Origin: an uncultured virus (IMG/VR IMGVR_UViG_3300035183_000083)
Taxonomy: Duplodnaviria; Heunggongvirae; Uroviricota; Caudoviricetes
Virus record (IMG/VR): IMGVR_UViG_3300035183_000083
DNA length: 37,902 nucleotides
Direction: 5' to 3' (one strand)
How positions within the stretch are numbered: position 1 is the first letter of the stretch; each line of letters opens with the position of its first letter. Shown here piece after piece: positions 16,901 to 24,846 of the stretch. The notes beneath the pieces are model-generated. The model saw only the letters and a program-made list of their open reading frames with translations. It was not told the origin of the DNA and did not search any database. Made by a program: the position numbers and the translations under genes.

Positions 16901-19719
16901 AAAAGTTCGGCTTTGACTACGTGATTCTGGATGAATCGCACAAAGCTAAGAACCCGAATCGGAATACTCATAAGGTTATTAAGCAGCTTTTCGTATCCTC
17001 CACCGTAGCTTATGCGCGTATTGCTACTGGTACTCTTATCCACAACAAGCTGACGGACGTTGTGGGCCAAGCAGCTCTGTTCAATTCTCAGATTTTCCGT
17101 ACTCCGGAAGAGTATGAATCGGAGAATATGGAGCGAGTAGGCGACACCAAGGTTATGAAATGGAGAAAGGATACCCCTCGTAGAGCACGAGAGCAATTGG
17201 CTCGCCACGCTGCGGTTATCACCATGAAGCGTAAGGAATGGGCATTCTTGTTGCCGGTTCCTATTGAGTCGTTCATTCCGGTTTCTCTGGAAATGCCGGA
17301 AGAAGATGGTGGTAACGCGCACTCCCTCATGTACGATGTCATCCTGACCAACATGCTGGAGCTAATCGAACAGGATGAGAACATCAAGCGCCTGTTGGAG
17401 GGTAAGTCTACCGAGGACGAGGAAGACTCCGACTCCGAAGGTGAGGATGATGACGATGAGGAGTCTGGTGGTAAGGAGAAGAACGGGGAAGACGACCTCG
17501 ACGATGACACCTTGTCTGAGCTGGAAGCAGCTCTAGGTCCTTATCTCGCACGATTGGACCAGATGCTAATGGACCCTCTGGGTGACGAATTCGGTGAAAT
17601 TTACTTCAAGGGTATTCGCCAGGAAAACTTCGTAGCCAACAAGGTTAGGGCTGTTGTTGAGCGTATTAAGCTCAGCTTTACCGACTATCCTTGGAAGAAG
17701 GGCAACAACTACAAAATCAAGGACGTATGCGACTATAAAGGTCAGCGGTATGTGTTGATGCCTCCGGATGGCGTAAAGGCTATGGACATCAACTATGGAC
17801 AGACCTATGAGTCCATTAAGGAGCCTCCGACTGATTCACGGTGGAAGAAAGAGGCACGAGGTAAAGTGTTGGTGGTTTGCCGGTACATTCGGTCCGTCAA
17901 TGCTGTGTATAGGGCGCTACCACCAGACCTTAAGAAACTGGCAGCACGGTTCCACTCGGATATCAAGGAACGGGATCAGAACTTGGAAGACTTCAAGAGC
18001 AACCCTATATCCAGGGATCGTGGTATCCAGATTATGATTGCTAACGAACATGCAATCTCGGAGGGTTTCAACCTTCAAATCTGTGATCGGGTAATTCGAG
18101 CAGAAGCGCCCTGGAACCCAGGCGAAATCGACCAGACTGTATCTCGGGCATTCCGTCCTGACCCGAGTGGTAAGTACAGTCGTGAGAACCTCTACCTTGA
18201 CTGGATTCTAACCAACAATACGTTGGAAGTGGCTAAGATGGGCCGCTTGATTTCCAAGATGCTTTCCAAGGCAGAGTTCGACGAAGCCGATAATCCGCTG
18301 TATGATACCATCAATCAATCGGAATTGCCGTTGATTAAGATGGACATTAAGCGGACTTTGCAGACGATTCGGACTATTGACCATATCCGTCCGTACATCG
18401 ACGAGTACCAGCATCTGGTAACTATCCAGGCGACTGAGTTCAAGCACATGAGAGACACTAAGCCGTCTACCATGATGAAGATTGACCAGACGCCGATGAT
18501 GAAGGGCGCTAAGCTGTTGGACTTCGTGCCTTATGTGGCAAACCTTGAAATTCCGGACCGGAATAACTACGGTTTAGTCCGATTGCCGGACGCTATCGCG
18601 GACACGGATAACACCGACTTCGCTGACATTCATCAGGACAAGAAAGCTTTGATTGGTAAGTATGTCCATACCGATTTTGGTAACGGCGTTATTGTGTCGG
18701 TCAATACGTCGAATCGGGTACTTGGTATGCCTGACTCTGCACGTAAGGTTACGTCGGTAGCAGTCCAGTTAGCTGGGTCCGATGAAGTCTTGTCCTTCCG
18801 ACCTGCTCTGGTCTACTTGGCAACGAACTTGACTGAGAAAACCATCAAGCAGTTTGCACCTAAGTCCATGTGGATGACTGACAAGGACAGAAAGAGATTA
18901 GAGAAGCAACGGCAGGAAGCAGAACGGGCGGCTAAACGGGCTGAGAAGAAGGCTAAGCGTGACCTGGATAAAGAGACCAAGGACTTGGAAAAGCTGAGAA
19001 AGGTCGAAGAAGCTCGGAAAGAAAAGCAATCAGGCAAGAAGCCTCCGAAGGAGAAGCCGCAGCCTATTGAACAGGAGCTGGAGGAAGAGGAGAACAACAA
19101 CCTTGAATTGTTCCCTGTAGTGTATAACGGGTATCTAGCTTTAGAAGCTAACCCTGAGGATGATTCTATTGACATGGAAGCATATGGCTTCAAGGAATTC
19201 GGTGACTATGCTTATGTGGTGATCAAGGACTTGAAGACTTTCGAGGCTGTTAGAAAGGCCTTAGAGAAGAAGTTCAAGATCATGCCTACGTCGTCCAAGG
19301 TCCTGGATAAGCTCGAGGATGCCTTCGAGACTGGCCGGTCCAAGAAGTTTTCAGCGGATCTGGCGCCAATGGCTGAGTTCCCCAACTTCTATACGGAAAG
19401 CCATCGTATGTCCAAGGTGGATCAGGTTACTGGTAAGCCCCAACTAAGGGTGTACCCGGTCATCTTGAAAGGTGTGCTGTTGCTCAATGTCGACCTGGCA
19501 CGTAACCCTGTTATGCGGAAGTTGCTGAACAAAGCAATCCCTGGAACAACGGTTAAGTTCCAAGAAGCGTCTGGCCTGCACATTCAGTTCTTCAACAAGA
19601 AAACCGAACTAGCTAAGAAGGTCAAGGAGCTTAAGAAGGAAGGTTTCGTCGTGATTAACGATGAAGAGGTGACTGAGGCCTTGGAAGACCTCGCTGTAAA
19701 ATCCATTAAAGCAATCTAA
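13996..19719 (+). CDS. Very large SNF2-family (SF2) ATPase/helicase, about 1907 aa
   Basis: Motif I DISPGGGKT (16561), Ia LVLAPNRLVRNW, II ILDESH, III ATGT, V SEGFNLQ and VI PWNPGEIDQTVSRAFR. Start placed at ATG 13996 (GGAGG at 13982, TAATG overlap). Confidence 0.88.
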   Translation: MAKNILVTLGLGDRLNNLLLPTQEAFPAKTSDFVSHSEATLESFLTVTLSEGMAKDYRFYFYPGRKAPPSKKGKSESRVYMTRRAHFFMLATYMADLSACINAMFTQLRYAVFNSAYLNLVSDQERKKMLDTQARQFKVKASNDEYKKGLLKNFMSAVNSGRAHIIKPSERFKGGFDILYSGSPPYQGSKGSTLDFEACREGFEFNPNTRSDDYSDATEKGMFDNAVAQAAFKVGKELLAAIMADKSSYAAAESFKRKTRIIQPGKLIREQILKVVEGSKWGTVFLSELVDLLPEPEMELVKGLDPYFGILAVKEADDYAVKRMLSASETNAISPDQLTVSEDILAVYPKIGFSYVIHLPEELAQYITQTPKGKPIPLMPLNTWASIWSRALLRVPKSRSEGGKDEKINIKDVPRYIMSPSSTKELADKRQAMNFYTEKGRNNADSIYISNIGTLNFCPPSNMMSLDNAKEYERLMEEGLKLAFDAGTPLQASKTGITHPVFALASPEYGKKIPELKDKIKRYAGTFQAFSWDYNVILMTSTSDPDKLDAIKLVGAAKPDALNLADYLNKPFAQSMQKLFVRSTNAEGQRVTVADFGDPGGNLNEMLKTSPFLNTLDLYAYLLAEKAVPDFPALLAQAAKDLQLTKLDENPYEKGLYANTISNDLKHVNKNMTLFEQRGRDAYLENAVAIRYALDSALKDSQGRPGSNVARQAVKENIDVTEDNHFFSSQFYTLAEFKNVYNYLGGRIFYLMLKAMMEVDKKKLMVYNVGNPISIPTFRSIVTEVMPLATILAKYVPNSQAILEEADALSERNKRNQAITAADIHVPGSKASFEMFPHQIETHQFLRNAPRFAVLDISPGGGKTILGLSDIACLINAGLIKRPLVLAPNRLVRNWIEDMHKVTQGQWNLIPVTTDVYKRWGDERLTQLINGAPINTICVCSISVLLTNKFPVVMGTHVEFASQVLEFMKKFGFDYVILDESHKAKNPNRNTHKVIKQLFVSSTVAYARIATGTLIHNKLTDVVGQAALFNSQIFRTPEEYESENMERVGDTKVMKWRKDTPRRAREQLARHAAVITMKRKEWAFLLPVPIESFIPVSLEMPEEDGGNAHSLMYDVILTNMLELIEQDENIKRLLEGKSTEDEEDSDSEGEDDDDEESGGKEKNGEDDLDDDTLSELEAALGPYLARLDQMLMDPLGDEFGEIYFKGIRQENFVANKVRAVVERIKLSFTDYPWKKGNNYKIKDVCDYKGQRYVLMPPDGVKAMDINYGQTYESIKEPPTDSRWKKEARGKVLVVCRYIRSVNAVYRALPPDLKKLAARFHSDIKERDQNLEDFKSNPISRDRGIQIMIANEHAISEGFNLQICDRVIRAEAPWNPGEIDQTVSRAFRPDPSGKYSRENLYLDWILTNNTLEVAKMGRLISKMLSKAEFDEADNPLYDTINQSELPLIKMDIKRTLQTIRTIDHIRPYIDEYQHLVTIQATEFKHMRDTKPSTMMKIDQTPMMKGAKLLDFVPYVANLEIPDRNNYGLVRLPDAIADTDNTDFADIHQDKKALIGKYVHTDFGNGVIVSVNTSNRVLGMPDSARKVTSVAVQLAGSDEVLSFRPALVYLATNLTEKTIKQFAPKSMWMTDKDRKRLEKQRQEAERAAKRAEKKAKRDLDKETKDLEKLRKVEEARKEKQSGKKPPKEKPQPIEQELEEEENNNLELFPVVYNGYLALEANPEDDSIDMEAYGFKEFGDYAYVVIKDLKTFEAVRKALEKKFKIMPTSSKVLDKLEDAFETGRSKKFSADLAPMAEFPNFYTESHRMSKVDQVTGKPQLRVYPVILKGVLLLNVDLARNPVMRKLLNKAIPGTTVKFQEASGLHIQFFNKKTELAKKVKELKKEGFVVINDEEVTEALEDLAVKSIKAI

Positions 19720-19730
19720 GGTGATGTACC

Positions 19731-20231
19731 ATGCAAAGAGAATCTGATCAAATCGCTAGACAACAGGAAATCTTGGCCCGTTTGGGGTTCTACCACGGCA
19801 AGATCGACGGTGCTTGGGGCCCTAAGACCATTGATGCGATGAAAGGCTTCGAGAGAAGTCCCTTATTCCGGCCCGCGTTGCCTAACAATGGTCTCCCCTT
19901 GAGTGAAAAAGGGCCGTACCCTAAAGGCATGTCCTTGAAGGACGGCTTATTCTGGCATCCGTGCATGTCGGCGCCTGCGTCACCCCAGCAGGGGATGTCA
20001 GCAAGTCAGCTAGGCCAGCCAGTGCCGCCGATAGTCCAGGCAGCCCAGTCAGTAGTTGTGGAGGCCAAAGAGCCAGTACTAGAGCCCTTAACACAAGGGC
20101 CTTCTGTAGCAGCCACAGAAGCAGTAGGCTCAGCAGAGGTAGCAGTGATGCCGACCGAACCGCCTCAAACGGAAGGGCAGCAAGCAACCCAACAATCCAA
20201 TAAGATGAAACTGGACAAGTTCCGCAAATAG
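19731..20231 (+). CDS. Peptidoglycan-binding domain (PG_binding_1-like) protein with a disordered tail
   Basis: QEILARLGFYHGKIDGAWGPKTIDAMKGFE matches the PGBD DGxxGPxT motif. The rest is Q/P/A/E-rich low-complexity sequence. Confidence 0.8.
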   Translation: MQRESDQIARQQEILARLGFYHGKIDGAWGPKTIDAMKGFERSPLFRPALPNNGLPLSEKGPYPKGMSLKDGLFWHPCMSAPASPQQGMSASQLGQPVPPIVQAAQSVVVEAKEPVLEPLTQGPSVAATEAVGSAEVAVMPTEPPQTEGQQATQQSNKMKLDKFRK

Positions 20232-20258
20232 CTTGTTGCTAGTCTAAACCTCAACTTA

Positions 20259-20284
20259 GGGCCACTAAAAGTGGCCCCTTTTTT
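20259..20284 (+). terminator. Rho-independent terminator ending the late block
   Basis: GGGCCACT-AAA-AGTGGCCC followed by CTTTTTT. Confidence 0.85.
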
Positions 20285-20309
20285 GGTCAGATAGGGGCCC
20301 AATAGGTGG

Positions 20310-20320
20310 ACTGTAAATAG
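20310..20320 (+). promoter_or_regulatory. Candidate middle/replication promoter motif (TGTAAA class)
   Basis: ACTGTAAATAG between the terminator and the polA RBS. ACTGTAAA recurs at 29460. Confidence 0.45.
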
Positions 20321-20339
20321 AGGATATAACGTTGAGGAG

Positions 20340-23309
20340 ATGAATATGTCAGCCTTTTTATCTAAGCCTAAGTACTTTAAGTTTGACTTCGACCTGAGCG
20401 ATTATGACGACGAATACGGGTATGTCAGACTACCCTACAGCGACGTAGGAGGCAAGAAAATCCTTTTTGTGTTAGACTATATGCCGACCGAAGACCTGGC
20501 TAGTGGTCGTCTGTTGTCGGGAGGAACTGGAGACCTACTACGAAACCTTTTGGACTGCGCCTCAGAGTTCTTCCTGAAAAAGAAGGTGCGGTTCTCTTGG
20601 ATGGCATGCACCTTTAATGCGTTCAAGACAGCGGGTCGTTCAAAGGAGTTTAAAGACAACGCTAATAGGGTGTTTGAAGAAAGGCTTGCTACAATAATAT
20701 TGCGGTACAAGCCCGACATGATTATAAGTTTCGGGGATAGACCTAGTAGGTTTTTATTGCCTAAAAATGTGGGCCTCACAGAGGGCAGGGTGTTCTCTTG
20801 GTATGGAGTACCCTGTGAAGCTCAGGTCTCCATCAAGAAAAAGGTTCACGAGTGTCTGGTGACGCCTACGCTAGGCTTAAACCCCATGGTTACTGGGGCT
20901 AAGGAGTCTGGCAAGGAGATGATGGAAGCTACGTATCTGTTAGGCTACGTAGCAAGGAATTTGGCGAATGCTCTCAACTTTGGCTTAATGTGGAAAGTGC
21001 CTGAGTCAGTGCGTTTGGATCAACATAAAGCGGTCCTCATTGATACGGTCAAGAAGTTTGACAAGCTGATGGACATGCTGGGTCAGGAAAAGAACATATC
21101 TATTGACACGGAAGGTAAGAATCTCAACAAGGTAACGAATAGAGTATACACCATTCAATTCGCAAAATGCTTGAGGTACGGCTACGTGGTACCCCTAAAT
21201 CACGCAGATAGTCCCTTTTATGGTAAGGAACTTAAGTACATCAAGTCTAGGCTAGCCGCTTTCTTTGAAGGTGATAATGACAACGAAACACATATCTACA
21301 CCAATGCTAAGTTCGACCTTAATGTTCTAAGGGTAGAATTGAATACAAAGTTCATGGCTAACTCTATCTGGGATATCCAGGCCGGAGAGTTTGTTTTGGA
21401 TGAAAACAGGAAGTTCTTAGCAGCATTCACGGGTGATAAGAAAGGGTACTACGGCTTGGATAATCTAGCTGTTCAATATGGATATCACGGATATTTAACC
21501 GCAGAATTCTCTAAGAAGGATAGAGGTAACATGAATGTTCCTCTGACTAAGCCAGTTCTTCACTACATGGCCAGTGATGTGGTAGTTCCACTAGCTATAT
21601 TCAACTTACAAAAGAAGCAAGGTGAGTTCGTAGGTCACAAAAAGTACAACTCGGTAGTGTCTGAACAACTTAGTGACCTCATACATGTGATCTCTAGGAT
21701 GGAAGTAAATGGATCTGGTGTTGATGTAGATTGGCTATTCTATCTCAAAGCGCCAGGCTCACCTATCGAAGGCGAGCTTCAAAGAGTCAAAAGTGAAGCT
21801 AATAAGCTGGAGACTGTCAAGAAGGCTAATGATAGATTGCTAAAGATTAAAGGTATCCAGAAGAAAGGCCTGTTCGGTGATCGTGAAACCATCTTTGATT
21901 TAGGTCATCCGTCACATCAACAAGTGCTGTTCTTTGATGTACTAGACCTTGATCCTGTATCGGTAAGTAAGAGCGGAAAAGGTAGCTTAGGTAAGAGTTT
22001 TCAAAAGAAGTATGCAGATGTACCTGAGGTGCAGGCCTTAGCAAACCTCTCTAAGGTAGCTAAGCTCAAGAATGCGTTCGTCACAGCTTTTATCAAGCGC
22101 CTAGGCTTTGACGAGGACATGAAGAAAGACCTCAGAATTAGACCTAGCTATGGGTTCTTGCCCGTTGTAACCGGTCGTATATCAGCCGAGAAGCCAAGTC
22201 TACATCAAATACCTAGCAGGGGTGAGTTAGGTAAGAATATCAAGCGCATCTTTGTTGCCAGAGAGGGATGCTTGTACATTAAAGTGGACTACCGCGTTCA
22301 TGAAGTCCGTGGTTGGGCTATTATCTCCTTCGATAAAGCTTTAGCTGCTGTATTCAATCAGGCTTCTGCCCTGGTCAATGAGTTTAAACTTAGGCCTAGC
22401 AAGAAATTGGCAGATCGTATCAGCTTAGAAGCTGACGTTCATAAGATCAATGCAAACTACTTCTACAAGATACCTTTCAAAGATATAACGAAGGACATCC
22501 GAAATTCTATCAAGAACGTGGTGTTCGGTCTAATCTATCAAATGGCTATTAAGAGCTTAGCTAGGGACCTTGGTCGTACAGAGGAATTTACTAGGGACCT
22601 AGTTGAGAAGTTCTTTGGCCGCTTCCCTACTGGTACTAAGTGGATTGAAAACATTAAAAGGTTTGCTAGAAAGCACCTGTTCGTGGAAAACCCATTAGGG
22701 CTCCGGCGCTATCTTTGGGGTTACCTAGTGCCGGACAGCCTTGAGAAGTGGGCTTGGCGAGTTCATTCCGATATGGACCGCCGTGCAGTGAATTCCCCTA
22801 TCCAAGGTATGGGTTCGCAGTTTCAGAACATTGGAGCTAGGCAGCTAGACATAATGGTGCACGACTTGTGGGTTACCTCTAAACGCAGAGTCCGTATGTG
22901 GGTAAACAACTCGGTACACGACAGCTTAGAAACGGAATGGTCGTATGAAGACCTTATGTTAGGTCTTGACTACATGGAACGTGCTTTGACCGAAAAAGTC
23001 CAAGAAGTGTGCATGAAACGACATGGCATGAAGTTCGTAGCTCCTTTGGAGGTAGACTTTGAAATAGGCCCTACCCTTAAAGATTGTAAGGATTGGGATT
23101 TCAGCGCAGAAAGGCTAGAATCTATTGTTAAGGAGTCCTTAGAGTTTCAGCGTGACAAGCTGAATAGGGACGTTGATGTCGGGAAAACTATGGAGGTAAT
23201 CTTCTCAAAGCGGCGAGACATGCCTAGATGGCTACGCACCCAGATTAAGAACTTGGACTATCAATTTGAGTACGAGAAGCCGATCAAGAAGAAGCGTAAG
23301 GCTGCATAG
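20340..23309 (+). CDS. polA: Family A DNA polymerase with N-terminal UDG-like domain and 3'-5' exonuclease
   Basis: Exo motifs SIDTEG, NAKFDL and YMASDV; VTGRISAEKPSLHQIP; motif A DYRVHEVR, motif B RNSIKNVVFGLIY, RRAVNSPIQG and motif C VHDS. The N-terminal KILFVLD...EDLASGRLLSGGTGDLL resembles family-4 UDG. Confidence 0.93.
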   Translation: MNMSAFLSKPKYFKFDFDLSDYDDEYGYVRLPYSDVGGKKILFVLDYMPTEDLASGRLLSGGTGDLLRNLLDCASEFFLKKKVRFSWMACTFNAFKTAGRSKEFKDNANRVFEERLATIILRYKPDMIISFGDRPSRFLLPKNVGLTEGRVFSWYGVPCEAQVSIKKKVHECLVTPTLGLNPMVTGAKESGKEMMEATYLLGYVARNLANALNFGLMWKVPESVRLDQHKAVLIDTVKKFDKLMDMLGQEKNISIDTEGKNLNKVTNRVYTIQFAKCLRYGYVVPLNHADSPFYGKELKYIKSRLAAFFEGDNDNETHIYTNAKFDLNVLRVELNTKFMANSIWDIQAGEFVLDENRKFLAAFTGDKKGYYGLDNLAVQYGYHGYLTAEFSKKDRGNMNVPLTKPVLHYMASDVVVPLAIFNLQKKQGEFVGHKKYNSVVSEQLSDLIHVISRMEVNGSGVDVDWLFYLKAPGSPIEGELQRVKSEANKLETVKKANDRLLKIKGIQKKGLFGDRETIFDLGHPSHQQVLFFDVLDLDPVSVSKSGKGSLGKSFQKKYADVPEVQALANLSKVAKLKNAFVTAFIKRLGFDEDMKKDLRIRPSYGFLPVVTGRISAEKPSLHQIPSRGELGKNIKRIFVAREGCLYIKVDYRVHEVRGWAIISFDKALAAVFNQASALVNEFKLRPSKKLADRISLEADVHKINANYFYKIPFKDITKDIRNSIKNVVFGLIYQMAIKSLARDLGRTEEFTRDLVEKFFGRFPTGTKWIENIKRFARKHLFVENPLGLRRYLWGYLVPDSLEKWAWRVHSDMDRRAVNSPIQGMGSQFQNIGARQLDIMVHDLWVTSKRRVRMWVNNSVHDSLETEWSYEDLMLGLDYMERALTEKVQEVCMKRHGMKFVAPLEVDFEIGPTLKDCKDWDFSAERLESIVKESLEFQRDKLNRDVDVGKTMEVIFSKRRDMPRWLRTQIKNLDYQFEYEKPIKKKRKAA

Positions 23310-23335
23310 GTCGCGCACATAGTGGTTATACGAAG

Positions 23336-23941
23336 ATGACGGTTAAAGTCAAAGTTCCTAAGGATTACCTAGTGTGTAAAGCACACATGGATAATCGTTT
23401 GCACCCAGAGAAAGTTTTAGCAAAGGATACGCATTTAACTGACCTGGATTGTTTCAATTTGATCCGAAAGGCTCGAATTAGTGGCCTAATAGATAAAGCT
23501 GGTTACGTCACAGAGAAAGGGAAGCTCTTGATGGGACGGGTTCAGGACCGAATGGATTCCTACTCAGAATCAGAAGCCCAAGCCGAAACAGAGGCAAAGG
23601 TCGAGTCAATGAGAGGTGACCCTGAACAGCAACACCAAGGATCTTTCGAGAGTGGCGAGGTATGTATGATAGAGTTCAAGTATGTTATGTTTGAGCTGGA
23701 CTTCCTCGGCGAAGCTAAGAAGGTGCCGATTCTATTCCCACCTGATTTGGTGCACAAGGACGTAGCAGAAGCCTTGTTACGAGACTGTGTAAACCTTAGG
23801 GATGCTAAGCCGGTTAGTGCAGGGACTGTAAAATTTAGGGTGGATCGCACTTTTGGGTATAGCGATACCCTAGACTTAACGGCCTCTGAGGATGATCTCA
23901 GAGTCCTCAATACCTACAACTACTTTCACGGATTACTCTAA
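23336..23941 (+). CDS. Hypothetical protein, apparently two fused small phage proteins
   Basis: 201-aa ORF. An internal GAGG and in-frame ATG at 23666 begin a MIEFKYVMF...ILFP...VH...PVSAG...SDTL segment typical of small standalone phage proteins. Confidence 0.65.
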   Translation: MTVKVKVPKDYLVCKAHMDNRLHPEKVLAKDTHLTDLDCFNLIRKARISGLIDKAGYVTEKGKLLMGRVQDRMDSYSESEAQAETEAKVESMRGDPEQQHQGSFESGEVCMIEFKYVMFELDFLGEAKKVPILFPPDLVHKDVAEALLRDCVNLRDAKPVSAGTVKFRVDRTFGYSDTLDLTASEDDLRVLNTYNYFHGLL

Positions 23942-24843
23942 TGAGCACCATATCTAAAATGAGAGACCTTGACACGTTCTTGGTTACTGAGACTTTTCAC
24001 TCTCTTGAAGGTGAAGGTATCTTGGCTGGATCTCCTACTTTATTTATCCGGCTATTTGGCTGCAATATGACCTGTCAAGGGTTCGGACGTCAAGGTATTC
24101 CCAGGAAAATCTCAGACATTAAGGTCCAAGATCAAGACATAAATGAAAACTTTAGGCCAGTTGAAGGCTGTGATAGCCTTCATGCGTGGCATCCTTCTTT
24201 CAAGAACATGGCTAAGGAGATGTCTACCCTTGAATTGGCGGATTTGGTCAACCAACAAATGAAGACCTTCAAAAAGCCTGGTGCTTTGAATGGTACCAAC
24301 GTCTTGTCGCTAACAGGAGGGGAACCTACTCTACCTAAGTATCAAGCTTTGATACCTAAGTTCCTCCAAGCTGTGGCTAACAAAGGTATTGTCCTGCTTA
24401 TAGAGACTAATGGGTCTATTCCTCTTAGCCCGATCTTTATAAGTCAAATGAACGACATAGTGAATATGTCGGATCTAAGCATCATGTGGTCAGTGAGTCC
24501 CAAACTAAGTAATAGCGGTGAGTCTTGGCAAAAAGCAATCAGACCCTCGGTGCTATTGGACCAGCAGTCTGTTCTAAACTCTATCCAGTATCTAAAGTTT
24601 GTGTCGGATGGATCAGACGCCTCATTTGAGGAAATAGCAGAAGTCACTAAAGTATACCGAGAATACTTAGAAAAACACAATGCGTCAACCATAGACTTTA
24701 TGGTCTCTGTTATGCCAGAAGGTGCAACGGCTGAGCAACTGGCTATAACTGCACCTACGGTGGCTAAACAGTGCTTAGCCCGTGGGTACAACTTTTGCCC
24801 CCGTCTTCATGTATGGCTTTGGGGAAACACTCCTAGGACTTAG
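23941..24843 (+). CDS. queE: 7-carboxy-7-deazaguanine synthase (radical SAM)
   Basis: ETFHSLEGEG, FIRLFGCNMTC...GCDS, LTGGEP, IETNG, SPKLSNSG, LKFV, MPEG and PRLH motifs. Confidence 0.92.
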   Translation: MSTISKMRDLDTFLVTETFHSLEGEGILAGSPTLFIRLFGCNMTCQGFGRQGIPRKISDIKVQDQDINENFRPVEGCDSLHAWHPSFKNMAKEMSTLELADLVNQQMKTFKKPGALNGTNVLSLTGGEPTLPKYQALIPKFLQAVANKGIVLLIETNGSIPLSPIFISQMNDIVNMSDLSIMWSVSPKLSNSGESWQKAIRPSVLLDQQSVLNSIQYLKFVSDGSDASFEEIAEVTKVYREYLEKHNASTIDFMVSVMPEGATAEQLAITAPTVAKQCLARGYNFCPRLHVWLWGNTPRT

Positions 24844-24846
24844 AGC

